A stretch of DNA of 64,000 bases from an uncultured Pseudomonadales bacterium (lineage in GTDB: Bacteria > Pseudomonadota > Gammaproteobacteria > Pseudomonadales > UBA7239). Of this stretch, positions 19,654 through 28,820 are shown one piece after another. The stretch lies in contig CAZDWC010000010.1 of the NCBI GenBank assembly GCA_964509075.1, forward strand, positions 22,368 to 86,367, given 5' to 3'. A program made the position numbers and the translations under genes. The notes under the pieces are model-generated. The model had not been told where the DNA came from. It did not search any database and saw only the letters and a program-made list of their open reading frames with translations. Position 1 is the first letter of the stretch; each line of letters begins with the position of its first letter.

Positions 19654-21101
19654 ACAGAACCACAAATCTTTCACTGCGCCATGCGCAACTCGCCGTTGCT
19701 GCCGCCGCAGTGCTCATCGTGTTCTGGGGGCTGGGGGCAGTGCCGCTGCTGTCATTCAATGAAGCACGCCGTGCCGTGCCAGTTGCCGGCATGTACCAGA
19801 CACACAACTGGTTGCTGCCGTATCTCAATGGCGAACTGTATATCGACAAGCCACCACTGTTTTACTGGGCAGCACTGCTGTGCGCCAAACTGTTTGCCGT
19901 GGTGAATGAATGGACACTGCGCCTGCCTTCTGCACTGGCGGCACTGGCAACCTTGTGGATGACTTATCGCACCACGGCAAAATTCGAAAACACACAGACA
20001 GCCGTGCTGGCGACACTGGTCTTGTTGTGCTGCGCCGATTTTGCAAGTTTTGCACGCCGCAGTGAAATCGAGATGCTGCTCACGGCACTGTGCGGCGGCG
20101 CGATTTTTTTCGCGCATGATTTTATCTGCAAACAAAGCAACAAACTCTCCGTATACGCCAGCTACGCACTGACCGGGCTGGCGCTGTTATGCAAAGGCCC
20201 GGTGGCATTGCTGTTTGTGCAACTGCCGGTTTTGCTGTTTGCCCTTGCGCACCGCGATGCGCGCGCACGCGCCTACCTGCTGTGCTGGCCGGCATGGCTG
20301 CTGATGCTGACCATCGGTGTTTCCTGGTATGCCGCCGTCACTCTGGAAGAAGGTAAGGACATCTGGCAGCGCGTCATCAAGACCGATATCCACGGCAAGA
20401 TCAGCGGCGGCAACAACAGCTCCGATCCTTTCTACAGTTATCTGGTCGCCGTCATCGTCAACTTCCTGCCCTGGACCTTGTTGTTGCTCGCACGTGCGCG
20501 CAGCAACTGGCACTGCATCACGCAAAACCTCTCGCGGCGATTTTTCCTGTATGCCTTTGTCTCCCCCTTCATTCTCCTGTCACTGATGGGCGACAAACAC
20601 ATCAAATACCTGCTGCCGGCGTATCCGGCATTTGCCGTGCTGTGCGCCAGCTGTCTCATGTCGCTATGGGATAAAGCCAACACAAACTGGCAGCGCGCCG
20701 GCAAGATCATCGCCTGCGTTTTACCGCTGTCCGTATTTTCCTTCTTTGCCTTTTTTGAAGCACAAATACTCATTCACCGCCATCAAGCCCTGCCCATCTT
20801 CGCCTCGCTGCAAAAAAGCTATCCGGACACACAACTTGTCAGTTACAAGGAAGTCGACATGCGCACGGTGTACTACTACGGCAAACCAATACCGGAAGCT
20901 GCCGCGCCCGACATCACCACAGCACAACAACAAGCACAGCCGGTACTACTGTTACTGGAAAAAGTGAAGTGGGAAAAAGCCGTCGATCTCAGCGGCTGGC
21001 AACCGATCATGACAATCGAGCCTTATATCGGCAGTGACCAGACCGCACGGCTCTACGCCAACCCGGCGTTTGTTGCGCGTTACAAACCTGAGTCGAAATA
21101 G
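19650..21101 (+). CDS. GT-C glycosyltransferase, ArnT / family 39-83 like (paralogue B)
   Basis: ORF 19164-21101(+), start at MNRTTNLSL (ATG 19650), an ATGA overlap with paralogue A. EARRAVPVAGMYQ...LPYLNGELYIDKPPLFYW. Confidence 0.8.
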   Translation: MNRTTNLSLRHAQLAVAAAAVLIVFWGLGAVPLLSFNEARRAVPVAGMYQTHNWLLPYLNGELYIDKPPLFYWAALLCAKLFAVVNEWTLRLPSALAALATLWMTYRTTAKFENTQTAVLATLVLLCCADFASFARRSEIEMLLTALCGGAIFFAHDFICKQSNKLSVYASYALTGLALLCKGPVALLFVQLPVLLFALAHRDARARAYLLCWPAWLLMLTIGVSWYAAVTLEEGKDIWQRVIKTDIHGKISGGNNSSDPFYSYLVAVIVNFLPWTLLLLARARSNWHCITQNLSRRFFLYAFVSPFILLSLMGDKHIKYLLPAYPAFAVLCASCLMSLWDKANTNWQRAGKIIACVLPLSVFSFFAFFEAQILIHRHQALPIFASLQKSYPDTQLVSYKEVDMRTVYYYGKPIPEAAAPDITTAQQQAQPVLLLLEKVKWEKAVDLSGWQPIMTIEPYIGSDQTARLYANPAFVARYKPESK

Positions 21102-21132
21102 CGTTCAAGAAACCGGCACGGCGCTTTTTAAC

Positions 21133-21232
21133 GCCCTCATCCGCCCCTGCGGGGCACCTTCTCCCCCGAGGGGAGAAGGGCAAGCCCCTCTCCCGCATGC
21201 GGGAGAGGGTGGCGCAACGCGCCGGGTGAGGG
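21133..21232 (+). repeat. Modular REP/MITE-like palindromic repeat, short copy
   Basis: Same arms and two hairpin modules as 738-899, lacking about 65 bp of internal material. Lies downstream of the arnT-like pair. ORFs 21007-21258, 21034-21243 and 21137-21361 are its translations. Confidence 0.75.
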
Positions 21233-21400
21233 ATACGCGGTAGCGAGCAGCGCCGCATGAAATATTTTCATTGCTCGCCATACTTGTTTATTTGCGAAAA
21301 ATGTAACGCAGAAAGGCAAAACAAAAACGCCCAGCGGTGCCGAGCGCGTTGTGAACATCAAAGCCGGTTATTTTTTAATCCCTCCGGCACATTTTTCTCA

Positions 21401-21748
21401 TCACCGACTTTTTACTTTAACCAACATCCCAATCACAAAAAAAGCAATTCCTAAAAACTTTATAAACATAAAAATATAACTCTGAGGATAATACCAGAGG
21501 GCGACAGATGATGAAGCAACCACAAACCCAGAAAATGCAACGCACTTCATAGATCCGAAAAATGGATAATCTCTATAACTGTAGAATACCTTAGCTGTCA
21601 GCGAACCGATGCAACCAAGCACCCCAATAACAATATATTTTGCCTGCAAAATATCAGCAGCTCCTGTTTGCCCGTACATATAGACGGCAATAAATGTAAA
21701 AAAAATACATATCAGTAAAAGAAAATTTAATACCTTATCAGCTCGCAT
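21401..21748 (-). CDS. Small 4-TM membrane protein in a low-GC insert (candidate GtrA/ArnEF-like flippase component)
   Basis: ORF 21401-21901(-). Start placed at MRADKVLNF (ATG 21748) because the upstream 51 codons run through a terminator hairpin and a tandem repeat. About 115 aa with four hydrophobic spans. Confidence 0.5.
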   Translation of the reverse strand: MRADKVLNFLLLICIFFTFIAVYMYGQTGAADILQAKYIVIGVLGCIGSLTAKVFYSYRDYPFFGSMKCVAFSGFVVASSSVALWYYPQSYIFMFIKFLGIAFFVIGMLVKVKSR

Positions 21749-21872
21749 CTCACTTAACCCTGTAGCAAAAAGTTTCCGTGTAACAAACCTGAAAAACCGG
21801 GGTTGAAAAACCGGGGTCAGAGTGACATTTTTATTTGACTCTGCGCCTATTAATCTGAAGAACTCCGCAATC

Positions 21873-21896
21873 AAAAAAGGCGCTGAACTCAGCGCC
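21873..21896 (-). terminator. Rho-independent terminator after the GT2 gene
   Basis: The minus strand reads GGCGCTG-agtt-CAGCGCC followed by TTTTTT, 10 nt after the GT2 stop. Confidence 0.6.
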
Positions 21897-21905
21897 TTCA
21901 ATTAA

Positions 21906-22652
21906 TCAACCATCCGTCCGCTCCGCCACATGAAAGCGGAACATGCGCACCTTCATCCAGCGCACGGCGAGCAGGTCATAGAACGAGGCGAACAGGCGAT
22001 TCCACACGCCGTAATGTGCGCTGCCGGAATAGCGTGGGTTGTTCGACACCGGAATTTCCACCACAGAAAAACCCTCGATCTTCATCAATGTCGGCAGAAA
22101 GCGGTGCATGCCTTTGAAGAACTTCAGGTTGGCCACCGCTTCGCGACGGAACATGCGGTAGGTGCAGCCGGCGTCACTAATCTGTTCGCCCGACAGCGCA
22201 TTGCGCACGGCGTTCGCCACACGCGAGGAAATGACGCGGATGATGTGATCGCCGTCGCTGCGGTTCTGCACGCGGCTGCCGCAGATGCAATCCGCCTGTG
22301 ACACTGCCGCGAGAAACTTCGGCAGATCTTCCGGGTTGTTCTGCAGATCGGCATCCATGGTGACAATCCACTGCCCGCGCGCAGCTTTTATGCCGGCCCA
22401 GCTCGCTGCCGATTCGCCGCTGTTGCGATTCAGTTTCTGCGCGCGCAGGTGCGGATCGGCTTTTGCCATTTCACGCAGGATCTGCCACGAGCTGTCGGTG
22501 CTGCAATCATCGGTGACGATAATCTCGTACGCTACCGCCGCCTGCTTGAGCACCGCGTGTATGCCCTGCAACAGCAGCGGCAGATTGCCTTCTTCGTTGT
22601 GGCAGGGAATCACCACACTCACATAAATATCGCCGCTCTGTTCAGTGCTCAT
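21906..22652 (-). CDS. Family-2 glycosyltransferase, polyprenyl-phosphate sugar transferase type (ArnC/GtrB/DPM1-like)
   Basis: 248 aa. VSVVIPCHNEEGNLPLL, VTDDCSTD, VTMDADLQNNPEDL (DXD region). Short form without C-terminal TMs. Confidence 0.8.
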   Translation of the reverse strand: MSTEQSGDIYVSVVIPCHNEEGNLPLLLQGIHAVLKQAAVAYEIIVTDDCSTDSSWQILREMAKADPHLRAQKLNRNSGESAASWAGIKAARGQWIVTMDADLQNNPEDLPKFLAAVSQADCICGSRVQNRSDGDHIIRVISSRVANAVRNALSGEQISDAGCTYRMFRREAVANLKFFKGMHRFLPTLMKIEGFSVVEIPVSNNPRYSGSAHYGVWNRLFASFYDLLAVRWMKVRMFRFHVAERTDG

Positions 22653-22678
22653 GCATAACCCCTGGTATTACTTGCGCA

Positions 22679-23782
22679 TTACTGCTGTTTGAAGAACGCT
22701 TCGATGGCATCGCAGACGTAATCCACATCTTCCGCCGACAACTGGCCATGCACCGGCAACGACAAAATATCGCGTATCCAGTTCTCGGTGTTTTCCAGCG
22801 TTGGCAGATCGTTGTACAACGCCGTGATGGAAGGCTGCTGATGCACGGCCGTCGGGTAGTGAATGCCAGTCTCGATGCCTTTTTCCGCCAGATAGGCCGC
22901 GAGTGCATCGCGATTCTTGGTGCGGATCACGTACATGTGATACACCGCTTCGCCATTGGCGCGCTCTTTCGGCGTGATCACCAGATTGCCGAGACGGCGG
23001 TTGTAATGCGCAGCCACACCGCGACGATGTGCGTTGAGTTGATTCAGGTGACGCAAACCGATGCGACCGGCAGCAGCCTGGATTTCATTGAAGCGCATGT
23101 TGTAGCCGACGAGATCGTGCGTGTATTTGGCTTTGCCGACGCGGCCGTGGTTGCGCAGCGCGCGGATCTTGTCGGCCAGCGCGCCGTCGTTGGTGCAGAT
23201 GCAGCCGCCATCGCCGAGCACGGTGAGATTTTTCGACGGATAAAACGAAAACGCCGCTGCCAGACCAAAGCTGCCGATGCGCTTGCCGTGATACGACGCG
23301 CCTTGCGATTGTGCGCAATCTTCAATCACCCACAAATTGTTCGCCTTGGCGAAAGCGAGAATGGCATCGAGATCCACCGGCGTGCCGTACAGGTGCACCG
23401 GCAGGATGCCGACGGTGCGCGGCGTGAGTGCGGCCTGCAGTTTGCTGGCATCGATGCCGTAGGTGTCGTCGATGTCGATGAACACCGGCTTGGCTCCGAT
23501 GTGGATAATGGGTTCCACCGACGGGAACGCGGTTTGCGATGGCAGCATCACTTCATCGCCTTCTTTCACCCCCATAGCCTCCAGCAGCAACTGCATGGCA
23601 GACGTCCAGTTGGATGACAGCACGGCGTGCTGCGTGCCGGTGTAGGCCGCCAGCTCTTCTTCAAAGGCGCGGCACTCGGGCCCGAGGATGTACTGCCCGG
23701 AATCGACAACCTTCATCACCGCCTGGCGGATTTCATCGTCGATAAAGACCTGGGACAGGGCGATTTTCTTCTGCGCGCTCAT
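22679..23782 (-). CDS. DegT/DnrJ/EryC1/StrS-family PLP-dependent sugar aminotransferase
   Basis: 367 aa. VIEDCAQSQGASY and SFYPSKNLTVLGDGG (PLP lysine). Confidence 0.88.
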   Translation of the reverse strand: MSAQKKIALSQVFIDDEIRQAVMKVVDSGQYILGPECRAFEEELAAYTGTQHAVLSSNWTSAMQLLLEAMGVKEGDEVMLPSQTAFPSVEPIIHIGAKPVFIDIDDTYGIDASKLQAALTPRTVGILPVHLYGTPVDLDAILAFAKANNLWVIEDCAQSQGASYHGKRIGSFGLAAAFSFYPSKNLTVLGDGGCICTNDGALADKIRALRNHGRVGKAKYTHDLVGYNMRFNEIQAAAGRIGLRHLNQLNAHRRGVAAHYNRRLGNLVITPKERANGEAVYHMYVIRTKNRDALAAYLAEKGIETGIHYPTAVHQQPSITALYNDLPTLENTENWIRDILSLPVHGQLSAEDVDYVCDAIEAFFKQQ

Positions 23783-24056
23783 GCAAGGGTTCCTGCTAGG
23801 TGAAAGAGAGGCTGGGCCAGCCCGTGAAAGCCGGCGATTATCGCAAAAAACCGCAGCCAGACATACAGGCCGCAGGCCCGGCAGCCGATTTCATCAAACT
23901 GAAACAGCGCTCTCATAAGCTGGTGTTGTTGAAACACGCGCGAATGCGGAAGGAAGCAGCAAGCATGAACAGGATAACGAAATCGGCCGCCGACATTTTC
24001 ATCCGGCGTATACAACTGGCATGGATCATCCTCGCCTGCCTGTTGTTTTTCGCCGT

Positions 24057-24836
24057 TTACTGCAGGAGCGTATAGGTTCCCAGCCCCAGGCCGGCGACAC
24101 CGACCAGCGACATCAACAGCGTTTCAAACAGCTGGCGACGGCCACTGTACTGGCTGCCCGTCTTCAGAAAGACCGCCTTGACCACCCAACCGAGAAAAAC
24201 CGCGAGCAAGACGGCGGCGACAAACAATTGCATCAAACGCCCGAGATTGCCCAGCTGCGCACCGGCGCCGACAAACACCGCCGGCACCGCTTCCGGCAGG
24301 AAGCCGATGAAGCTGCCGAGCAGGAATTGCCAGTGCTTAACCGCCGACAAACCGAGCACCACGTTGGCGACAAAACCGCTGACCGGCATTTGCCTGATCA
24401 GGAAAATCGAAACGATGCTGTGGCTCTCGATGGTGTTGAGCAGATCCTCGAACTTCGGCCAGCGGTGCAGCACGAAATCCGCACCGAAACTGCGTGCAAA
24501 CAGGAACGTTGCATAAGCGCCGAGTGTCACGCCAATCTGCGACAGGATGATGCCCCACCACACACCGTAGGCGAGCCCGCCGAGCGCGCACACCAGCAAC
24601 CGCGGCATACCCAATGCACACAGCACCGCAGATGCCAGCACGAAATACAAATAGCCGAGAACGCCGAACTGCGTGAGAAAATCGCGCAGCTGCTGCATGC
24701 TGGCCAGCGCTTCAAAATCGGCCAGCGTGCGCAGATGCGAAAACGAAATACGCTGCGGAAAAAACCAGGCAAAAATGCCGATGCCTAACAGCAGCACCAG
24801 CAGGAATACGCGTTTGCGCAGCAGGAAATGGCGCAT
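24057..24836 (-). CDS. TVP38/TMEM64 (DedA-superfamily) membrane protein
   Basis: 259 aa, polytopic. GMPRLLVCALGGLAYGVWWG...FLFARSFG pattern of the SNARE-associated/DedA fold. Confidence 0.75.
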   Translation of the reverse strand: MRHFLLRKRVFLLVLLLGIGIFAWFFPQRISFSHLRTLADFEALASMQQLRDFLTQFGVLGYLYFVLASAVLCALGMPRLLVCALGGLAYGVWWGIILSQIGVTLGAYATFLFARSFGADFVLHRWPKFEDLLNTIESHSIVSIFLIRQMPVSGFVANVVLGLSAVKHWQFLLGSFIGFLPEAVPAVFVGAGAQLGNLGRLMQLFVAAVLLAVFLGWVVKAVFLKTGSQYSGRRQLFETLLMSLVGVAGLGLGTYTLLQ

Positions 24837-24869
24837 CAGCCTAAACCGGCGGCAAACGCGGATAGCACA

Positions 24870-25931
24870 TCAAGCCTTGCGCCCCAGCTTGCAATGTTCC
24901 GGTTTGAACGGCAGGAAAATTTCCTTGCCGGTTTCGATGGATTCATACAGCGCCACCAGAAACTCGATGCTCTTGCGCGCCTCGCGGCCATCCACCAATT
25001 GCGGCTTGTTGTTGACCAGGCAATCCACCACGTGTTTGTAGTAAGCGCTGTGGCCAAAACCGTACACATCCGGCGGATTCACCGAATATTTTTCAGCCAC
25101 CTCGGCATCGCCTTCCTGCTCTTCCACAAAACGCCAGGTCGCCATCTTGTTGACGGCAAAACCACCGATCACCACCGTGCCTTTCTCACCGAGCACCGAG
25201 ATGGAACCTTCGAGATTGTCCGGGCGCGCACAGGTGGTTGCCTCGACAACGCCGAGTGCACCGTTTTTGAATTTTACCGTCGCCACCGCAGTGTCTTCCG
25301 CTTCAATATCCACCAACGCGGTGATGGATTTGGCGAATACGCTTTCGACTTCACCCATCAGCCAGCCGAGCATATCGATATGGTGCACCGCCTGATTGGT
25401 GAGCACGCCACCATCCTGCGCCCAGGTGCCGCGCCAGGCATCCTGCGCGTAATATTTCTGATCGCGACACCAGCGCACGCGCAGCGTACCCAGCACCAGT
25501 TTGCCGAAACGGCCCTGATCGCGCGCCTCAGCAAGTTTGGCCACCGGCACGTTGAAACGGTTCTGATGCACCACAAACAGGCGCACGCCATTCTTGTCGC
25601 AGGCTTCGATCATGGCATCGGCCTGATCCAGCGACATCGCCATCGGTTTTTCTACCAGAATCGGTTTTCTGTATTGCGACAGCGCAATCACGTGCTCGGC
25701 ATGATCACCGCTGGGCGTCAGCACCGACACCACATCAATATTTTCTTTCTGCATCATTTCGTGCATGTCGCGGTAGGCGGGCACTTTCCACTCGGCAGCC
25801 ATTTTTTCCGCGCGCGGGAAATCGATATCGCACACGGCGGCGAGTTGCGCACCTTCAATATGACCACTGCCCAGCAGTTCAACATGACGCTTGGCAATGC
25901 GGCCGCAACCGACCAGGGCAAATCTGAGCAT
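24870..25931 (-). CDS. Gfo/Idh/MocA-family NAD(P)-dependent sugar oxidoreductase
   Basis: 353 aa. MLRFALVGCGRIAKRH Rossmann start and EKPMA motif. Confidence 0.85.
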   Translation of the reverse strand: MLRFALVGCGRIAKRHVELLGSGHIEGAQLAAVCDIDFPRAEKMAAEWKVPAYRDMHEMMQKENIDVVSVLTPSGDHAEHVIALSQYRKPILVEKPMAMSLDQADAMIEACDKNGVRLFVVHQNRFNVPVAKLAEARDQGRFGKLVLGTLRVRWCRDQKYYAQDAWRGTWAQDGGVLTNQAVHHIDMLGWLMGEVESVFAKSITALVDIEAEDTAVATVKFKNGALGVVEATTCARPDNLEGSISVLGEKGTVVIGGFAVNKMATWRFVEEQEGDAEVAEKYSVNPPDVYGFGHSAYYKHVVDCLVNNKPQLVDGREARKSIEFLVALYESIETGKEIFLPFKPEHCKLGRKA

Positions 25932-26117
25932 AATATCCCCCTTACTTTGACGTAAAACCGTGACATGAAGATGACCGCAAGGTCACGAAAGCGCGCGATT
26001 CTAGCACAGGCCCCGCAGGCACCGACCAGCCACAACCCCATACGCACAATGACTTTTGGCAGCTCGCGCTATACCATTTGCGCGCCCTGATACCCAGCCA
26101 GAAGATCACCCAGACCG

Positions 26118-27104
26118 ATGACGCCTGCCGACCCCCATCACGACTTCATTGCCTCCGGCCTGCGCACGGTGCAAGTGGAATGCGCCGCAGTCAGCCGGCT
26201 GCAAAACGCCATCAACACCGACTTTGCTCACGCCTGCACCCTGCTGCTGGCCTGCGAGGGCCGCATCATCGTCACCGGTATGGGCAAATCCGGCCATATC
26301 GGGCGCAAGATTGCCGCGACGCTGGCCAGCACCGGCAGCCCGGCCTTTTTTGTGCACCCCGGTGAAGCCAGCCACGGCGACCTCGGCATGATCACCCATA
26401 AAGATGTGGTGATTGCCCTGTCCAATTCCGGAACCACCGCTGAAGTCGTCACCCTGCTGCCGCTGATCAAGCGCATGGGCGTGCCCTTGATCAGCATGAC
26501 CGGCAAACCCGGCTCGACACTGGCCACCGCCTCCAATGTACACCTTGATGTCAGTGTCGAGAGCGAAGCCTGCCCGCTGGATCTGGCACCCACATCAAGT
26601 ACCACGGCAGCGCTGGTGATGGGCGACGCGCTGGCCATTGCCCTGCTGGAAGCGCGCGGTTTTACCGCCGAGGATTTCGCCTTCTCGCATCCGGGCGGCG
26701 CACTGGGGCGCAAGCTGCTGCTGAAGGTGGAAGACATCATGCACAGCGGCGAGCGCATCCCCGCCGTGGCACCCGGCACACCGCTGGCCGACGCCCTGCT
26801 GGTGATGAACCAGAAAGGCCTGGGCCTCACTACCGTGACCGATGCGCAACAGCAGTTGCTGGGCATTTTCACCGACGGCGACTTGCGTCGCACCCTGCAA
26901 GGTGAAGCCATTGATTTGCGCAACACCTGCATCGAGAACGTCATGACGCGCAATTGCAAGACCGTAGACAGCCACATGCTCGCCGCCGAAGCGCTGGCCA
27001 TCATGGAGCACAAGCACATCACCGCGCTGGTGGTCACCGACGCCGACCAGCGTGTGGAAGGTATCGTCCACCTGCACGACATACTCAAGGCCGGCGTCGC
27101 CTGA
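26118..27104 (+). CDS. kdsD: Arabinose-5-phosphate isomerase (KdsD/GutQ, SIS + 2xCBS)
   Basis: 328 aa. VTGMGKSGHIGRKIAATLASTGSPAFF. Followed by kdsC-lptC-lptA-lptB. Confidence 0.92.
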   Translation: MTPADPHHDFIASGLRTVQVECAAVSRLQNAINTDFAHACTLLLACEGRIIVTGMGKSGHIGRKIAATLASTGSPAFFVHPGEASHGDLGMITHKDVVIALSNSGTTAEVVTLLPLIKRMGVPLISMTGKPGSTLATASNVHLDVSVESEACPLDLAPTSSTTAALVMGDALAIALLEARGFTAEDFAFSHPGGALGRKLLLKVEDIMHSGERIPAVAPGTPLADALLVMNQKGLGLTTVTDAQQQLLGIFTDGDLRRTLQGEAIDLRNTCIENVMTRNCKTVDSHMLAAEALAIMEHKHITALVVTDADQRVEGIVHLHDILKAGVA

Positions 27105-27118
27105 CAGGAGCCATCGCC

Positions 27119-27649
27119 ATGGAACATGCTGTAAAACAGGCCATTGCGGTCAAACTGTTGTTGCTGGATGTCGACGGCGTGCTCACTGACGGCGGCATCA
27201 CCTATGACGGCAACGGCGTCGAACTGAAACGCTTCAATATCCACGACGGCCTCGGCATCAAACTGCTGCAGCGCGCCGGTGTGCAGGTGGGCATCATCAC
27301 CGGCCGCGAGAGCGCCATGGTCAGCCGGCGCGCCCAGGAACTGGGTATCACGTTGTTGCTGCAGGGCCGCGAGGACAAGCGCGTCGCCATGCAGGCCGTG
27401 CAAAAGCAACTCGACCTCACTGACGAGGAAGTCGCCTACATGGGTGACGACCTGCCCGACCTCGCCGCCATCCGCCACGCCGGACTCGGCATGGCGCCAG
27501 CCAATGCCGTGGCACTGGTGCGTGCGCACGCCGACGTGGTGACCGACAGGCGCGGCGGCGAAGGCGCCGTACGCGAAGCCTGCGAGTTCATTCTCAATGC
27601 CAAGGGGCTGCTGGACGACATGCAGCGCGATTATCTGGGTTTGCCCTAA
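27119..27649 (+). CDS. kdsC: KDO-8-phosphate phosphatase
   Basis: In ORF 26954-27649(+), start at MEHAVKQAI (ATG 27119). LLLDVDGVLTDGGITY and YMGDDLPD. Confidence 0.9.
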   Translation: MEHAVKQAIAVKLLLLDVDGVLTDGGITYDGNGVELKRFNIHDGLGIKLLQRAGVQVGIITGRESAMVSRRAQELGITLLLQGREDKRVAMQAVQKQLDLTDEEVAYMGDDLPDLAAIRHAGLGMAPANAVALVRAHADVVTDRRGGEGAVREACEFILNAKGLLDDMQRDYLGLP

Positions 27650-28258
27650 GTGAACAACTGGCGACAATTCCTGGGACTGGCACTGCTGATCGGTGTTGCT
27701 GTCGGCGGCCTCAATTTCCACTGGCAGTCTTTCAGCTGGAACACCCCCACTGCGCCGCGACAGGCCACGGCATCGCAAGCTGCCGTGCCTGACATACTGG
27801 CACAGCAACCGCTGCTGGAAACCTTTGACGAACACGGACGTCTGGATCGCCACCTGCAAGGTAGCCAGCTGCAACACTACGACAATCGCGATGAAACCCT
27901 GATCAGCGAACCACAGCTGCTGGTCAACCGCCGCAACCAGGGCAACACCGCCCAGCGCTCACCCTGGCAACTGCGCGCAGATACCGCCACGCTGCGGGAA
28001 TCGCGCAATGAAGTGGACCTCAACGGCAATGTACTGCTGTGGAATGAAGGAAAAGGCAGCGATGGCCGCATGGAAATCCGCAGTGAAAGCCTGCGTGTGG
28101 ATACCGCTCGCGAATACGCCACCACAGACAAAGCTGTTACCATACGCGCCCGCCGCAGCGAGCTTCATGCCCGCGGCCTGAAGGCCGATCTGGCCAATGA
28201 ACGCTTGTTGCTGACGTCGCGCGTACAGGAGACCCATGAAGTCAAACAGCACCCCTGA
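27650..28258 (+). CDS. lptC: LPS export protein LptC
   Basis: 202 aa. GTG start directly after the kdsC stop, N-terminal TM anchor, position between kdsC and lptA. Confidence 0.8.
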   Translation: MNNWRQFLGLALLIGVAVGGLNFHWQSFSWNTPTAPRQATASQAAVPDILAQQPLLETFDEHGRLDRHLQGSQLQHYDNRDETLISEPQLLVNRRNQGNTAQRSPWQLRADTATLRESRNEVDLNGNVLLWNEGKGSDGRMEIRSESLRVDTAREYATTDKAVTIRARRSELHARGLKADLANERLLLTSRVQETHEVKQHP

Positions 28259-28820
28259 AGGGCAAGGCCGCCCGTTATCCGGTCTGCTGGCTGTCGCCAT
28301 GCTCGCACTGCTGTCTGCCATGACGGCAACAGAGCTTTCTGCCCTGCCCGATGACCGCAACCAGCCGATACAGATCCAGGCCGGCAGTGCCGACCGCGAT
28401 GCCAAAACCGGCATCACTACCTACAGCGGCAATGTCGAGATTCACCAGGGCAGCATCCGCATTGCCGCCGACACCGTGGTACTGCACAGCGAAAACGATG
28501 AGCTGACAAGCATGGTCGCTACCGGCAAGCCCGCCACCTACAGCCAGCAGTTGTCCGAGGAAGATGGCAAGGTTGACGCCCAGGCCGGGCAAATCCATTA
28601 CGACGTCCCCAAGGATCTGCTGGTGCTCGAGGGCAATGGCAGCCTGAAACAGAATGGCGGCAGCATCAGTGGCGAGCATATCGAATATGATGTGAAAGCC
28701 GAGAATGTGCGCGCGCGCGCCGCTGAAAATGGCAGTTCCGACAACAGCAAGCGTATTACCGTCGTCATTCCCCCCAACAAGAAAATCCAGACGTCCGCCC
28801 CGGAGAGCGCCGCGCAGTGA
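28236..28820 (+). CDS. lptA: LPS export periplasmic protein LptA
   Basis: 194 aa. Signal peptide, then [16 protein letters not shown]...[19 protein letters not shown] (OstA-N fold). Confidence 0.88.
   Translation: MKSNSTPEGQGRPLSGLLAVAMLALLSAMTATELSALPDDRNQPIQIQAGSADRDAKTGITTYSGNVEIHQGSIRIAADTVVLHSENDELTSMVATGKPATYSQQLSEEDGKVDAQAGQIHYDVPKDLLVLEGNGSLKQNGGSISGEHIEYDVKAENVRARAAENGSSDNSKRITVVIPPNKKIQTSAPESAAQ

Noticed and set aside
21749-21901. N-terminal 51 codons of ORF 21401-21901
   Set aside because: This stretch runs through a rho-independent terminator hairpin, a 14-bp tandem duplication and an inverted repeat, so the shorter start at 21748 is preferred.
23800-24075. 91-aa + strand ORF in the DegT / TVP38 spacer
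   Set aside because: It has no RBS or motifs, its 3' end overlaps the TVP38-family gene on the opposite strand, and it is probably non-coding spacer.
26228-27877. 549-aa minus-strand ORF across kdsD/kdsC/lptC
   Set aside because: It is a shadow frame opposite three strongly supported, syntenic genes and has no motifs.
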